A stretch of 63,130 nucleotides of DNA, the filler included, from Folioceros fuciformis (Eukaryota), in NCBI GenBank assembly GCA_049999805.1. It is 20 parts of 20 records of this genome, joined end to end, with 100 filler letters (N's around TTAATTAATTAA, not from the genome) between each part and the next. Parts side by side here need not be neighbours in the genome. Positions count along the whole stretch, not along the records: positions 9,936 to 13,023 come from JBNGIO010000696.1; positions 13,124 to 14,531 come from JBNGIO010000698.1; positions 14,632 to 16,129 come from JBNGIO010000699.1; positions 16,230 to 20,543 come from JBNGIO010000700.1; positions 20,644 to 26,279 come from JBNGIO010000701.1; 15 more parts are not named here. One strand, 5' to 3'. Under the pieces are notes generated by a model that saw only the letters and a list, made by a program, of their open reading frames with translations, was not told the DNA's origin and searched no databases. Positions 12,071 through 22,363 of the stretch are shown piece by piece. The position numbers and the translations under genes were made by a program. The first letter of the stretch is position 1, and each line of letters opens with the position of its first letter.

Positions 12071-12742
12071 TTATAGCCAGTTGTCAGTGACATGCCTGTT
12101 TAGAGGATGAAGCTCAACAGAAGTTCTAGACGTAAGTAGGGCATGGCTAGGTAGTTGTTTACTTACAGGGTGGAGTTTCTTGCCGCATAGGGGGCACAAC
12201 CTGCTCTTGTGAGCACAAACACCACAGTCTTTAGTAGCGTTACGTTTTGCCTTGTTTACCTTGATGTCGTGAAGAACGTTGTCAGCAGGTGAAGTAGCTC
12301 TTCTCTCATACTCCTCTACTAGCTCTGCCTGCTGCCTGGCCACCTCGGCCCTTTTTGTGTCTAGTAGTTTCTCCATCTCTGCAAGCATCGCGAACACTAT
12401 CTCCACTTGGTCAGCTAGCAGGGGAGTAGTGGGAGGCCCTCCAGGAGCATGGGCTCTGCGAAAAGGGATACTCGCCACTTTGTCCTCCTCGTCAGTTGAG
12501 TTGGGCACAGGAGACAAGTTTGTGATGCTTGGCTTAGAAGCTCTGGAGGATTCTTCCAAGTCCAGCTCTTTCTTTGGAATGCTATCAGGGCAGCAAGGCA
12601 GGTTGGCAGGCGCTGAGGCATTGGTCACAGGCGCAGGCGTCACAGCTAGAGTCACTCTTTTGGTTGTTGAGCGCCTATGCTTCTGTCCTTCTTCACAGCT
12701 GGAGCTGCTCGCCTTCTTCTTGCCTGTGCGCCTGGGAGCCAT
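12071..12742 (-). CDS. Antisense accessory ORF (223 aa) downstream of copia pol: basic N-terminus, coiled coil, CxxC-x6-CxxC
   Basis: Uninterrupted ORF MAPRRTGKKK...LAEMEKLLDTKRAEVARQQAELVEEYERR...CGVCAHKSRLCPLC. It ends ~165 nt after the pol stop. Confidence 0.55.
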   Translation of the reverse strand: MAPRRTGKKKASSSSCEEGQKHRRSTTKRVTLAVTPAPVTNASAPANLPCCPDSIPKKELDLEESSRASKPSITNLSPVPNSTDEEDKVASIPFRRAHAPGGPPTTPLLADQVEIVFAMLAEMEKLLDTKRAEVARQQAELVEEYERRATSPADNVLHDIKVNKAKRNATKDCGVCAHKSRLCPLCGKKLHPVSKQLPSHALLTSRTSVELHPLNRHVTDNWL

Positions 12743-12759
12743 GGTTGCTTAGGTGTTGT

Positions 12760-13023
12760 TGTGGAGGCAAAACCCCGGGCACTGATTGCCAACGGGTCCC
12801 ACCTTTAGTGGCCACACTTATCCCACTGTCGTTGAGACATTGGGTTTCGTTCCCACGAAGGAGCGATGGGGTTCCTTGCTGCTGTGGATGGAGGGTCGGA
12901 CTTGATCGACTCGATGATGGATTCGAGGGCTCCCCTCCAGCTCCGATCAGGCGTAGGACAGGCCTCGCTGTCCGGCGGTCAGCTGCACCTCTCTCGGTGC
13001 CCACAAACTCACTCCAGTCACTA
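12760..13023 (-). mobile_element. 3' end of the high-copy long LTR (TGTGAACC...GCCTCCACA family)
   Basis: Begins TGTGGAGGCAAAACCCCGGG on +; near-identical to the copies at 25999, 32139, 61081 and 63070. Confidence 0.9.
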
Positions 13024-13123
13024 NNNNNNNNNNNNNNNNNNNNNNNNNNNNNNNNNNNNNNNNNNNNTTAATTAATTAANNNNNNNNNNNNNNNNNNNNN
13101 NNNNNNNNNNNNNNNNNNNNNNN

Positions 13124-13495
13124 AGGTTAGGTTTAGGTCAAACCTAGGTTAGGTTTAGGTCAAACCTAGGTTAGGTTTAGGTCAAACCTAGGTTAGGTTT
13201 AGGTCAAACCTAGGTTAGGTTTAGGTCAGAACTAGGTTAGGTTTAGGTCAAACCTAGGTTAGGTTTAGGTCAGAACTAGGTTAGGTTTAGGTCAGATCCA
13301 GGTTAGGTAAGACCTAAGTTAGGTTACGTCTAAGTTAGACTTAGGTTAGGTTTAGGTCAGATCCAGGTTAGGTCAGACCTAAGTTAGGTTAGGTCTAGGT
13401 TAGATTTAGATTAGGTTTAGGTCAGATCCAGGTTAGGACAGACCTAGATTAGGTTAGGTTAGGTCATACCTAGGTCAGGTTTAGGTCAAAACTGG
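13124..13495. repeat. 22-bp TTAGG/TTTAGG-based tandem array
   Basis: Unit AGGTTAGGTTTAGGTCAAACCT, degenerating toward the 3' end. Confidence 0.9.
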
Positions 13496-14285
13496 GTGTA
13501 GGATGGTTTAGGTTAGAGAGAGATGGTTAGGTAGTTGACTCAGATTAACCCTAGTAGACAGAGATGGAGGGCTAGGCAGTATAAGAGTGGAGACTTGCCT
13601 TTAAGAGGGGGCGGTCTACGGTGCGATTTCCCTTGACCTTGTGTGGAGACTCCCGACCTAGAGTGTTGAACAGGTTGAGACTGGACCAAGGGCTTGATTC
13701 CCCTCGCCATTAGGGAGACGTGGTGGATCCCAAGACTGCCGAGATCTGTGTGGCCGGATCCGCAAGGGCTAAATGTTTTGCAGGCTAGCTGAAGTGAAGT
13801 GATAGGGCCGTGAGCCAGGAGGGCTATCCAGTCCTAGTATCCACCCGTGCTTGAAGAATGCAAGGAGTGAGGCTGTTGTGTCCCAATTTCCCGGGGATAG
13901 CTAAAGCAAAGAGAGGGAGAGCTGGAGTGAAGTGTAGTGAAGTGAAGAGTGAGTTGCTAGAGTGCAGGAGTGTGTGCTGAAGTGAAGGGTGAATGACTGA
14001 AGTGAAGAAGGGAGGACTGAAGCGGGAATCATGAAGAGCTGAAGGACTGAAGATGCTAGAGTGTGAGTTTTGTGGGTTGATCTGAAGATAGGCTAGGATT
14101 CTAGCCTTTTTGCTGGTGTGTGTGGTCAGGCCTAGAGACCGGCTGATAGGTAGAAGTGTGAGTAGACAGCCGTAGGTGTTCCTTGACGCTAGTTCACTCC
14201 CTTGGGAGCGAATCATAAGACTAAAACGACAATAAGGGAAAGTGTGGCCCTTTGCTGGTTCTTGGGTGCAAGAAATCACTCCACA
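13124..14285 (+). mobile_element. Probable 3' part of a long LTR distantly related to the high-copy family
   Basis: TATA-like TATAAGA at ~13580. The end AACGACAATAAGGGAAAGTGTGGCC...CTCCACA parallels AACGACAGTGGGATAAGTGTGGCC...CTCCACA of the high-copy LTR. Confidence 0.55.
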
Positions 14286-14631
14286 AGGAGCGTGGATCGC
14301 AAGCTAATGGTGTTCAATATGTTGGGCAAGAAAGGAGAGGTCATACATCATATTGATGATAGGCCTGCGGAAGACCTTTACGCCATCACTGTCTGGGATG
14401 AGAATTGCACTCTGCCGCCTCAAACTACAGAGGACCCTAACTTCTCGCTGCTTCGGGTGGGTACCGATGACTTAGCTGATACTGATGCACAACGCTTGAA
14501 TGATTTAGATATGGTTGTGGACTCCGAAGCCNNNNNNNNNNNNNNNNNNNNNNNNNNNNNNNNNNNNNNNNNNNNTTAATTAATTAANNNNNNNNNNNNN
14601 NNNNNNNNNNNNNNNNNNNNNNNNNNNNNNN

Positions 14632-16129
14632 GCACGCTACCGATGATAATGGGCTGACAGTCATTTCCGGCCATCCATTGTCAGGAATTCCTCAAAAGGG
14701 TCGGTGGATATCCAGATCATTCTAACGTCGAGGTGTATGCTGTACGAATCCTGTAAGTTTTCTGCTATCAACAGCTGTGTTTGAAAGGCTTGGTCTGTCA
14801 TCTGAATGCGAAACAAGACCCATTGTGTGTGATACAATAAATCCTTTAGGGCTCCAACAGGAGCTGCCGCAAGATCGCCAAGAGAGAATCCTGTCCCTGT
14901 TCAAGATTGGAGAAGGGTGATTCATGTACACAAGGGGGCATGGAACAAGTCTATAATGCGGGAGATGCGTTACAATACCTGTAGTAAAGCCCCAAGTGAG
15001 TGGAGATCTCGTGACTGATCGTACCATCTCGTAGTTTCCTCAAGAAAGGCAGCATGCAAAAGCTGTGATGGGGCTTGACCTATCTCTCGTATGAGATTGC
15101 TGGCTCTGCGGAGCACCACTTGGCCCCAGTGGAGACCCGCAAATTTCGAAGGAGCTCGTCCTTACGTGGCACCACCAACGCACGCCTCCAAATAACGATG
15201 CCTGAAAGTGGTGTATTTCATGTCATCGTTCCCAAACTTGAGCTCGCGATCATGGTGGGTCACCGGGTAAGCTGCTCTCTTCTCTGCTGGTTTCTGGTGT
15301 GATGTGGGAGCGCCGTAAAACTCTGACTCTTCATTCTTCCATTGCAACTGTGTCTTAGATCTGCTGCAGAGAAACTATGAGACTCAGGAATAATGGTGCG
15401 ATGTGTGATTCAGGCCGCCTTGTTGCCAGGAAGAAAGCTGCAGTATGAGATTGAGGGTGCGAAACCGTCAGACGAAGAAGGCTTTGTGACTCTCATTCGT
15501 TACAGTGCTGAACACCCTCATGGCAAGGCTACTGCTCTCTTCAACTGGAAGTCTAGGACTATGGAGGTACCAATGCCCTCCTGTTCTTTTCTGGCCAAGC
15601 ACTAGATTGTCCCCACCGAAATGTAGTACGTAACCGAGCCTGGCACTGGTCGTGCAGATCGAGCCAGATGAGAATGTAGTGCTGGTGTTGCTGCTTTCCA
15701 CAGCAATCAGCACATCTCTGTTTGACATGTATCCACAGCGATTTCTAAAACAAGGTTGGAAAAACCACCGAAAACAGTCCATCGATAACCAGTGGGGTAG
15801 TGCTCTTGGACTTTGGCCTGAATTGTCCGATTCGTGAACCTTGTGCTTCCGGCTTGTGATGATCTGAACTGTGGACACAACGGTTGGAGGAGCTGTGACC
15901 GTGAATGGAGGGTTCCGGGATCCCAGACACAACCATACTTACACACGCAGAGGAGATCTTATGGCCACTGGGTTGCTATTCAACCAGTGGTGGTTGTTTA
16001 CCCCTCAAGTGTGGTACAGTGGAGGAGGTTGTGGAGGTTGCGGCGGTGGTTGTGGTGGAGGATGCGGTGCTATCGGCGGTGGCTGTGGTGGTGGTGGGTG
16101 TGGAGGAGGTCACATCTTAGGAAGACAAG
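14632..16129 (+). pseudogene. GRDP/DUF1399-like gene, 3' half, disrupted
   Basis: TDDNG..PQKGRWISR, LLPGRKLQY..DEEGFVTLIRYSAEHPHGKATALFNWK, EPDENVVLVLLLS, QWGS and a Gly/Cys tail GGGCGGCGGGCGGGCG. Frame break near 14723 and stops at 15835 and 15865. Confidence 0.8.
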
Positions 16130-16229
16130 NNNNNNNNNNNNNNNNNNNNNNNNNNNNNNNNNNNNNNNNNNNNTTAATTAATTAANNNNNNNNNNNNNNN
16201 NNNNNNNNNNNNNNNNNNNNNNNNNNNNN

Positions 16230-17933
16230 GTACATAGGAGAAATCCTGCGTAAATTTAAGATGGATCAAGCCAGGCCTGTGTCCACACCTTATGCAACTA
16301 GAATGAAACTCACCAGTGAGCAGTGTCCGCAGTCTAAGGGAGAAATTAAGGACATGTCTGCAATCCCCTACAGGCACGCTGTGGGCAGTCTCATATTTGT
16401 TGCTAATTGGACCAGGCCAGATATCCAATACGCTGTTAGCACCGTCTCAATTCTTGGAGCGACCTGGAAATGCACATTGGGTTGCTGTCAAGCGCATTTT
16501 CAGGTATCTGAAAGGGACACAAATGACAGGCCTATTCTACAGGAGCAGTGGGAAGAAGAAACTTACCCTAGAAAGCTTTACAGATGCAGACTTGGCATCC
16601 AATAGCGACTCCAGGAAGAGTCTCTCAACCTACTGTTTCCTCCTCTCATCTGCCGTTGTCAACTGGTCTTGTAAGAAGCAATCGTCCATAGCACTCTCTT
16701 CCACGGAGGTAGAGTACAAGTCTCTCACACACGCTTCCAAGGAAGCTGAGTGGGAGCGTAGTTTCCTCAAGGACCTTGACCAGGAACAAATGGCACCTAC
16801 AAAGTTGTATTGTGACAATATGTCAGCCCTGGCATTGGTGGCTGATCCTAGATTTCATGCACGTACTAAGCACATTGAAATTCAGCACCACTATGTTAGA
16901 GATGTAGTCGAGAGAGGTGTGGTCAAAGTAGACTATGTGCATACAGATGAAAACGTAGCAGACATCCTCACAAAGGGCTTGCCAAAACATAAGCACTATA
17001 AGCACCTTGAGGGACTTGGGTTATCAAATTACTCTGCCTACTTCAAGGATGGGTCTTAGGACTTATTTGGTAGGAGGGGGTGGGAACCCTGACGTTCCCT
17101 GGGTGTGGTGTGGTGTGCCAGCAATCCAATTGCCTGCACAAATGAGTGCACGTAGCAGGCTCGTTAGAGGGAGAGTCCACGACACATGTTAGGTCAGTCA
17201 CACATTTGATAGCACAATAGCAAGGACAGATGGGATGGATGAAGCTCACCTTAGGATGAAATCATCCCGTGCTGCTCTGATTCTCACAAGACAAGTTTCA
17301 CATCCTGCGGCTCATCTGAAGGCAGTGGGACTCCACCAGCAGCTAGCAGCAGTTCCAACTCCGCAATCCTATTCATGGCTGCCCTGAGCTTGGCCGCAAG
17401 GATGGGAGCAGCGTACTCTGAATAGCAAAAGTCTGGTAGTTGTTGCTGGGGCCCCTCCTCCTGCGGAGCTCTGGCAGTCCCTGGGTATGGTCCTGAGCTC
17501 ACCGGCATATTGTTCACTCTCCTGACCAGTTCCTCCAGTGAGTTGCAGCGCGGGCTTCGCTTCTGCTGTTCTGGGCTCCTGCACGGGCGTGCGTTCCCTT
17601 CTCTTCAAAGCTGCTTCACACAGGACTGCAGTATCGAAAGCCGCCATGATAGAGGGTTTTGGGTTTTACGCCTGGAGTCGCCGCGGCACAGGGCAGCCAA
17701 CAGGAGCGCTAAGGATGATCCGAGCAATGTGAACCTTCGTTATGTATACGTCACTTACCTAATAGGTGCTTTAGAGGGAGTGTTGGAGATAAAGCCAACC
17801 TCTAGTTAAGTAATGGTCGTTAGGGTTAAGTGAAGCGTTATCTAGTCAAGTATAAAAGACACAACTCAAACACTTTTTGTATTCATTTTATTTGTTTTGA
17901 TGAAAGTTTATCTTGTACGCTCGTCAGCTTACA
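16230..17933 (+). mobile_element. Copia 3' end: RT/RNaseH (stop 17059), ~720-nt 3' region, PPT 17771-17780, putative 153-bp LTR 17781-17933
   Basis: FTDADL, KKQSSIALSSTEVEY, DPRFHARTKHI. TTAGAGGGAG is followed by TGTTG...TATAAAA...CTTACA. The LTR 3' end is tentative. Confidence 0.85.
17284..17647 (-). pseudogene. Antisense accessory ORF of copia, one frameshift
   Basis: MAAFDTAVLCEAALKRR... continues in another frame as ...AAKLRAAMNRIAELELLL, which is coiled-coil like. Confidence 0.4.
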
Positions 17934-18053
17934 AAAGAAACAATTTTGCTAGTGTCGCACAAAGTTGAAAGAATGTGTTTGTTTTGCTAGTGGTCTCGAA
18001 GAATGGGCAAACATATAGTGCAATCCAAGAATACCATTTTACTAATTCTCTTA

Positions 18054-18262
18054 GTTATATTATGCAAACAAAACTTGATTATATTATACAAGCAAAACTT
18101 GGTTATATTATACAAGCAAAATTTGTTTACATAATAAAAGCAAAACTTGATTACATGATACAAGTAAAACTTGATTACATAATACAAACAAAACTTGGTT
18201 ACATTATACAAGCAAAACTTGGTTACAATATATAAGCAAAACTTGGTTACATTATACAAGCG
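18054..18262. repeat. 24-bp tandem repeat, about 8.5 copies
   Basis: Unit ~TTATACAAGCAAAACTTGGTTACA. Confidence 0.9.
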
Positions 18263-18916
18263 AAACATGTTGTAGGAGAGAGATGAGAAGAGAGCGGCAA
18301 GGTGCAAGTTGGTTGGGGGAGAGAAATAGAGCGCCAGTTGACCACCACCCAACCCTTCTCTCTTCCACCAAGAGGTTGGGCACCCCCAACCAAGGCCATG
18401 ATCCCCTTTCTACCCTAAAAATGTGTAGGAGGTTTCTTCTTTTAATGATATTATTATCTTATACTTTGGCTTCAACTTGGCTATATGTTGTGCTAAACAG
18501 CGTCAGTCACAAGCGCTAGGTCTCACCACATACGCTAACCATACACTGATACGCTGATATGCTGGTTAGGCCACTAGTTGGAGCATAGGCGAGATTGTCT
18601 CACCCATGGACAAGGAAAATGAGCTGACTCCTTATCCAAATGAGAGCCAACGCAATGCCTTGTGAGGAAACGCCCCAGCGTTCTACCATGCACATCAATC
18701 AGTTCTAAACAAAGAAAGCATCACAGTGAGCTTGCAGCAGCGCCGCATTGGGCGACTTGGCTCATGCTTCCTATAGTTGTTTTTGGCTGCCAGGAATGTA
18801 CTGTGATGGCCGCCATGAGACCTTCCAACTCGCAATCTCTTAAGAGCAAATCTACTCAGCATCACATGCGCCATAGATCCTAACAAAATAAACTTGTCTC
18901 TTATTAAAGAATAAAA

Positions 18917-20182
18917 TGTTGAATTACATTAAAAACATTGTGTGTCAAGAAGGACATAAAACATATGCTGAAAAGACACTATCGTTCTAAACTTGAACGA
19001 CATAACGGTTCACCACAAGTTGCAACCCTAACGAACGAGTACTTATAATTATTTTATTCTATGTACCCCTATATGTCACTATATATGCACCTTTAATAAC
19101 GAGATATTATGAACATTATCCCTTAACACTCCCACTTGTTGATGATGTCGAGCAATGAATTCACAGTCCTGCTTCGCCAATATCAGTCTTTACGTGTGAC
19201 AACCAGCTGAGACCTCAGCCATGAACTGCGAGTGCTTGGTCTCCTCCTGTTCTACGGCTCAAAACTCCACAATACGGTCCTTGTTGGAGCGTGCCCAAAA
19301 GAAACCTCTTGAAAACCAGTGTGCGATACTCATTCTCGCCTTGTTCACTCTTAGCATCATTTTGAGAGAGCAACTGGAGAGCCACCTGACCAAGATGTCG
19401 TCCTCTAAGGATTCGGAGGCGACTCGCCGTCATGTGAGGGATATCTTGGGCCACTTTGCGCGTGCAAAGGGAGCTCCTAGGTCAACTGCCTCAAGTTTTG
19501 GCGGAAGGTCCAATGTTGGAACAAGCTCCGTCCTGCCAAAGGAAAACCTCAGGCGTCCAAGAGTCTCCTTCAACACCCCACCTACTGTGAAGACAGAGAC
19601 TGCTGAGAATACGGGAGCCCGTGCACGTCCTCCATCGTCTGCAAGACACAGAGCTGCAGGCAAATGACTGACAGAACATAAGCTTCCTGTTTTTACTGAC
19701 TCAGGTCCAATCACGATGTGGGAGGAAGGCAAGGGAAGGCCTCTTGTTCCCCTCAGGTTTCTGAGAGGTAGCCTCAAGCAGAACACCAGAATCAAAACAT
19801 CTGCTGGATTGTCTTGTGTGGAAATATATTGGAGTTCGATTGTTCCTGCTGATACTAACTCATGAATGTAGTGATATTCGACTTCCACGTGTTTCGTCCT
19901 CGAGTGAAAGACTAGATTCTTAGCAAGAGCAATCGAGCCTTTGGTGTCTGTGTGTATAGTCGTGCAAGTTGGAATGTTAATCCCCATTTCTGAAAACAGG
20001 AGCTTGCACCAATCTATTTGCTTGGCTGCTGCTGTCAATACTCAATGTTCAGCCTCAGTGCTGGATAGCGCCACTGTTGGCTGCTTCTTACTGGACCAGC
20101 ATATAGGTCCTCTAGCAACACAAACACAATAACCAGATATAGATTTTCTGATATCCAGATCTCCAGTGTAATCAGAGTCTGT
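18917..20182 (-). mobile_element. Copia 3' end: RNaseH remnant, 3' region, PPT, putative 212-bp LTR 19128-18917
   Basis: SIALAKNLVFHSRTKHVEVEYHYI. On the minus strand AAGTGGGAG is followed by TGTTAAGG...TTCAACA. Confidence 0.8.
19221..19667 (+). CDS. Antisense ORF (148 aa) of the minus-strand copia, with one hydrophobic segment
   Basis: ATG 93 nt from the LTR; AILILALFTLSIIL is followed by an S/R-rich tail. Confidence 0.4.
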   Translation: MNCECLVSSCSTAQNSTIRSLLERAQKKPLENQCAILILALFTLSIILREQLESHLTKMSSSKDSEATRRHVRDILGHFARAKGAPRSTASSFGGRSNVGTSSVLPKENLRRPRVSFNTPPTVKTETAENTGARARPPSSARHRAAGK

Positions 20183-20543
20183 TGTGAACCTCCAAAGTTT
20201 GGGGTAGTAGTTTGTTTTGGTTGAAAAAGGGTTAATAATGGTATGGTTTGGTTTTCTTTTTCTACTTATTTTCCCTAATTTTCCTTGATTTTCTGGTCAT
20301 TTTTCCTACTTTTCTTTGTGCTAATTGGGTTAATTGACTAGGAAATAGTTGGTTTGGTTATAAGAGTGGGTATAGGTTTGGTCCCAGAGCTGGGAAGGTT
20401 TAGGTTCGGTACCAGGCCATAGGGTTGGGTGATTAGTTTAATATTAATTAAAGACATATAATATTAAATGATTAAATAATAATATAATAATATAAAATAA
20501 TATAATAATGGTTTGAACATAGGAACGGGTATCTGGGTATGTC
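20183..20543 (+). mobile_element. 5' end of the high-copy long LTR, subtype B
   Basis: TGTGAACCTCCAAAGTTTGGGG start interrupts the copia RNaseH; near-identical to 45438-45816. Confidence 0.9.
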
Positions 20544-20643
20544 NNNNNNNNNNNNNNNNNNNNNNNNNNNNNNNNNNNNNNNNNNNNTTAATTAATTAAN
20601 NNNNNNNNNNNNNNNNNNNNNNNNNNNNNNNNNNNNNNNNNNN

Positions 20644-21889
20644 GGTTAGTCTTCCATGGCCGAGGAACCATTTCGGCTGGAAGCTGATTCCGCTGAATAA
20701 GCTGCCGTTTTTAGGCCAGGTTTCGGCTGCTGATCCCACTTCTTCCCACCTCTTCTCTATCTTTCCCATTGCTCATGCTTCTCCCCTGGAGGCTGGCTCA
20801 ACGACCAAGGGTGAACAGTTGCAGGGGAAGACTTAGCGGGCGGCCATCCAGCAAGGAAGAGGCGGCGTCCGCAGATCTTTGAAGATCAGACATCCTCCGA
20901 AGTCTCAGGATAGTCTAAGAGGTGGTAGATCCTTATGGTGGTAGGGCCAGCTCATTGGTGGCACGATGTGCTAGAAGTCTAAATAAGTGGCTGGTGACAG
21001 CCGGCTAGGCTAGTGGTCCTATTAAAATAATATTTATCAACTTAGAGAGAGGTAAAGTCAGAGAGAGAGAGGCTCCTATAAGATCAGGTGAGCCTGTAGG
21101 AGGAGGTAGTCATTCACTTTGGGAGTCAGTCTGTCACTTCGTGAGCTCTTGGAGGTACTCTCTACATGAGCTCTTATGGTCTGTCCCTGCTTGGTTTAGG
21201 ATCTGCAGTGTGTTGCCGGCTGTGCAACCTCTGGTAGGATCGCAAGCCACGTGTTGCCGGTTGTACAGTGTCTAGTAGAATCACAAGGTGTAATGACCAG
21301 GGTGAAGGGGCTTGCCCCTAGCTCTTGATTGAAAAGGATGTGTCTTTCTCTCGACCTGTCCACTCTTGTTCCCTGTTTGGACAAGTACTGTAGGCCGGCC
21401 ATGTTTCAGGGCGTCTGGTAAGGTTGTGGGGAGGAGATATCCAAGAGGGGAGTGTGTTCCCTTCTTTCTTTTCTTTGGGGTTAGTCTAGTGACTCTAGCA
21501 GGGTAGGAGGAGTCAGTAGGGAACTGTAGAAGGTAGTGGTGTTGTTGTTAGTTGCTGGTGTTGGTGCTGGAGTGAGTGAGTGAGTGAGTGAGGGAAGTCG
21601 CAGATCTAAGAGGTCAGGGTCGTTGTAGTGACTGGAGTGAGTTTATGGGCACCAAGAGAGGTGCAGCTGACCGCTAGACAGCGAGGCCTGTCCTACGCCT
21701 GATTGGAGCTAGAGGGGAGCCCTCGAATCCATCATCAAGTCGATTGAGTCCGACCATCCATCCACAGCAGCAAGGAACCCCATCGCTCCTTCGTGGGAAC
21801 GGAACCCAATGTCTCAACGACAGTGGGATAAGTGTGGCTACTAAAGGTGGAACCCGTTGGCAATCAATGCCCAGGGTTTTGCCTCCACA
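20644..21889 (+). mobile_element. 3' part of the high-copy long LTR, probably subtype B
   Basis: Ends GCCTCCACA at 21889. From ~21280 it matches subtype A; the upstream part differs. Confidence 0.85.
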
Positions 21890-21974
21890 GTGTGAGAGGA
21901 ACTACCAAGAGAGCCTGGCACCTGGAAACAGGTGGCAGCAGGCCTGGATTAGAATCTGTATCATCTTAGAACTA

Positions 21975-22339
21975 ATGGCAACAAATGTGGTTCAGCGTTT
22001 CGAAGCTAGCGACGGATATGATTGGAGCAAAATAAATACTTCAGACCTGGTCCAATAGCAGACATGTCGTTATCTTCCAAGTCAACCTTTGTCATAAATC
22101 TACCTGCAACACCAAATAGTGTCCATACATTAGTCTTCAATGCATTGAGTGATCTGCTCAAGGAACAACCAGTCACACCCTGTGTCCACTATGTAGAAAC
22201 CTTCACTTGTCATGTAGTACAGAAGCTACATTGTGAGTTTTGTTTTGCTCAACACATAAGTATTCAAATGTCTTTAGAGGTAAAGTGTCAACGAAATACA
22301 CCTTCCTCCTGCAAGGCTACCTTTCATTCTCTTAATTGA
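21975..22339 (+). pseudogene. Pre-gag accessory ORF (ORF0) with CxH-x7-H-x6-CxFC, probable frameshift near 22050
   Basis: LVFNALSDLLKEQPVTPCVHYVETFTCHVVQKLHCEFCFAQH. It ends 24 nt before the gag ATG at 22364. Confidence 0.55.
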
Positions 22340-22363
22340 GTCTTCTTGATCCTTTTTAGTGTC

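Noticed and set aside
12574-13075. Recurrent ORFs (GGKTPGTDCQRVPPLV..., MGFLAAVDGG...) as a gene family
   Set aside because: They are translations of the same high-copy LTR sequence.
13124-13495. True telomere
   Set aside because: It is a 22-bp higher-order unit, not (TTTAGGG)n, and it degenerates into LTR-like sequence.
17975-18352. Repeat proteins IIQAKLGY / VTKFCLYN
   Set aside because: Translations of a 24-bp tandem repeat on both strands.
20183-21889. One solo LTR spanning the linker
   Set aside because: The flanks TCTGT and GTGTG do not form a TSD, and the neighbouring copia fragments differ in family and strand.
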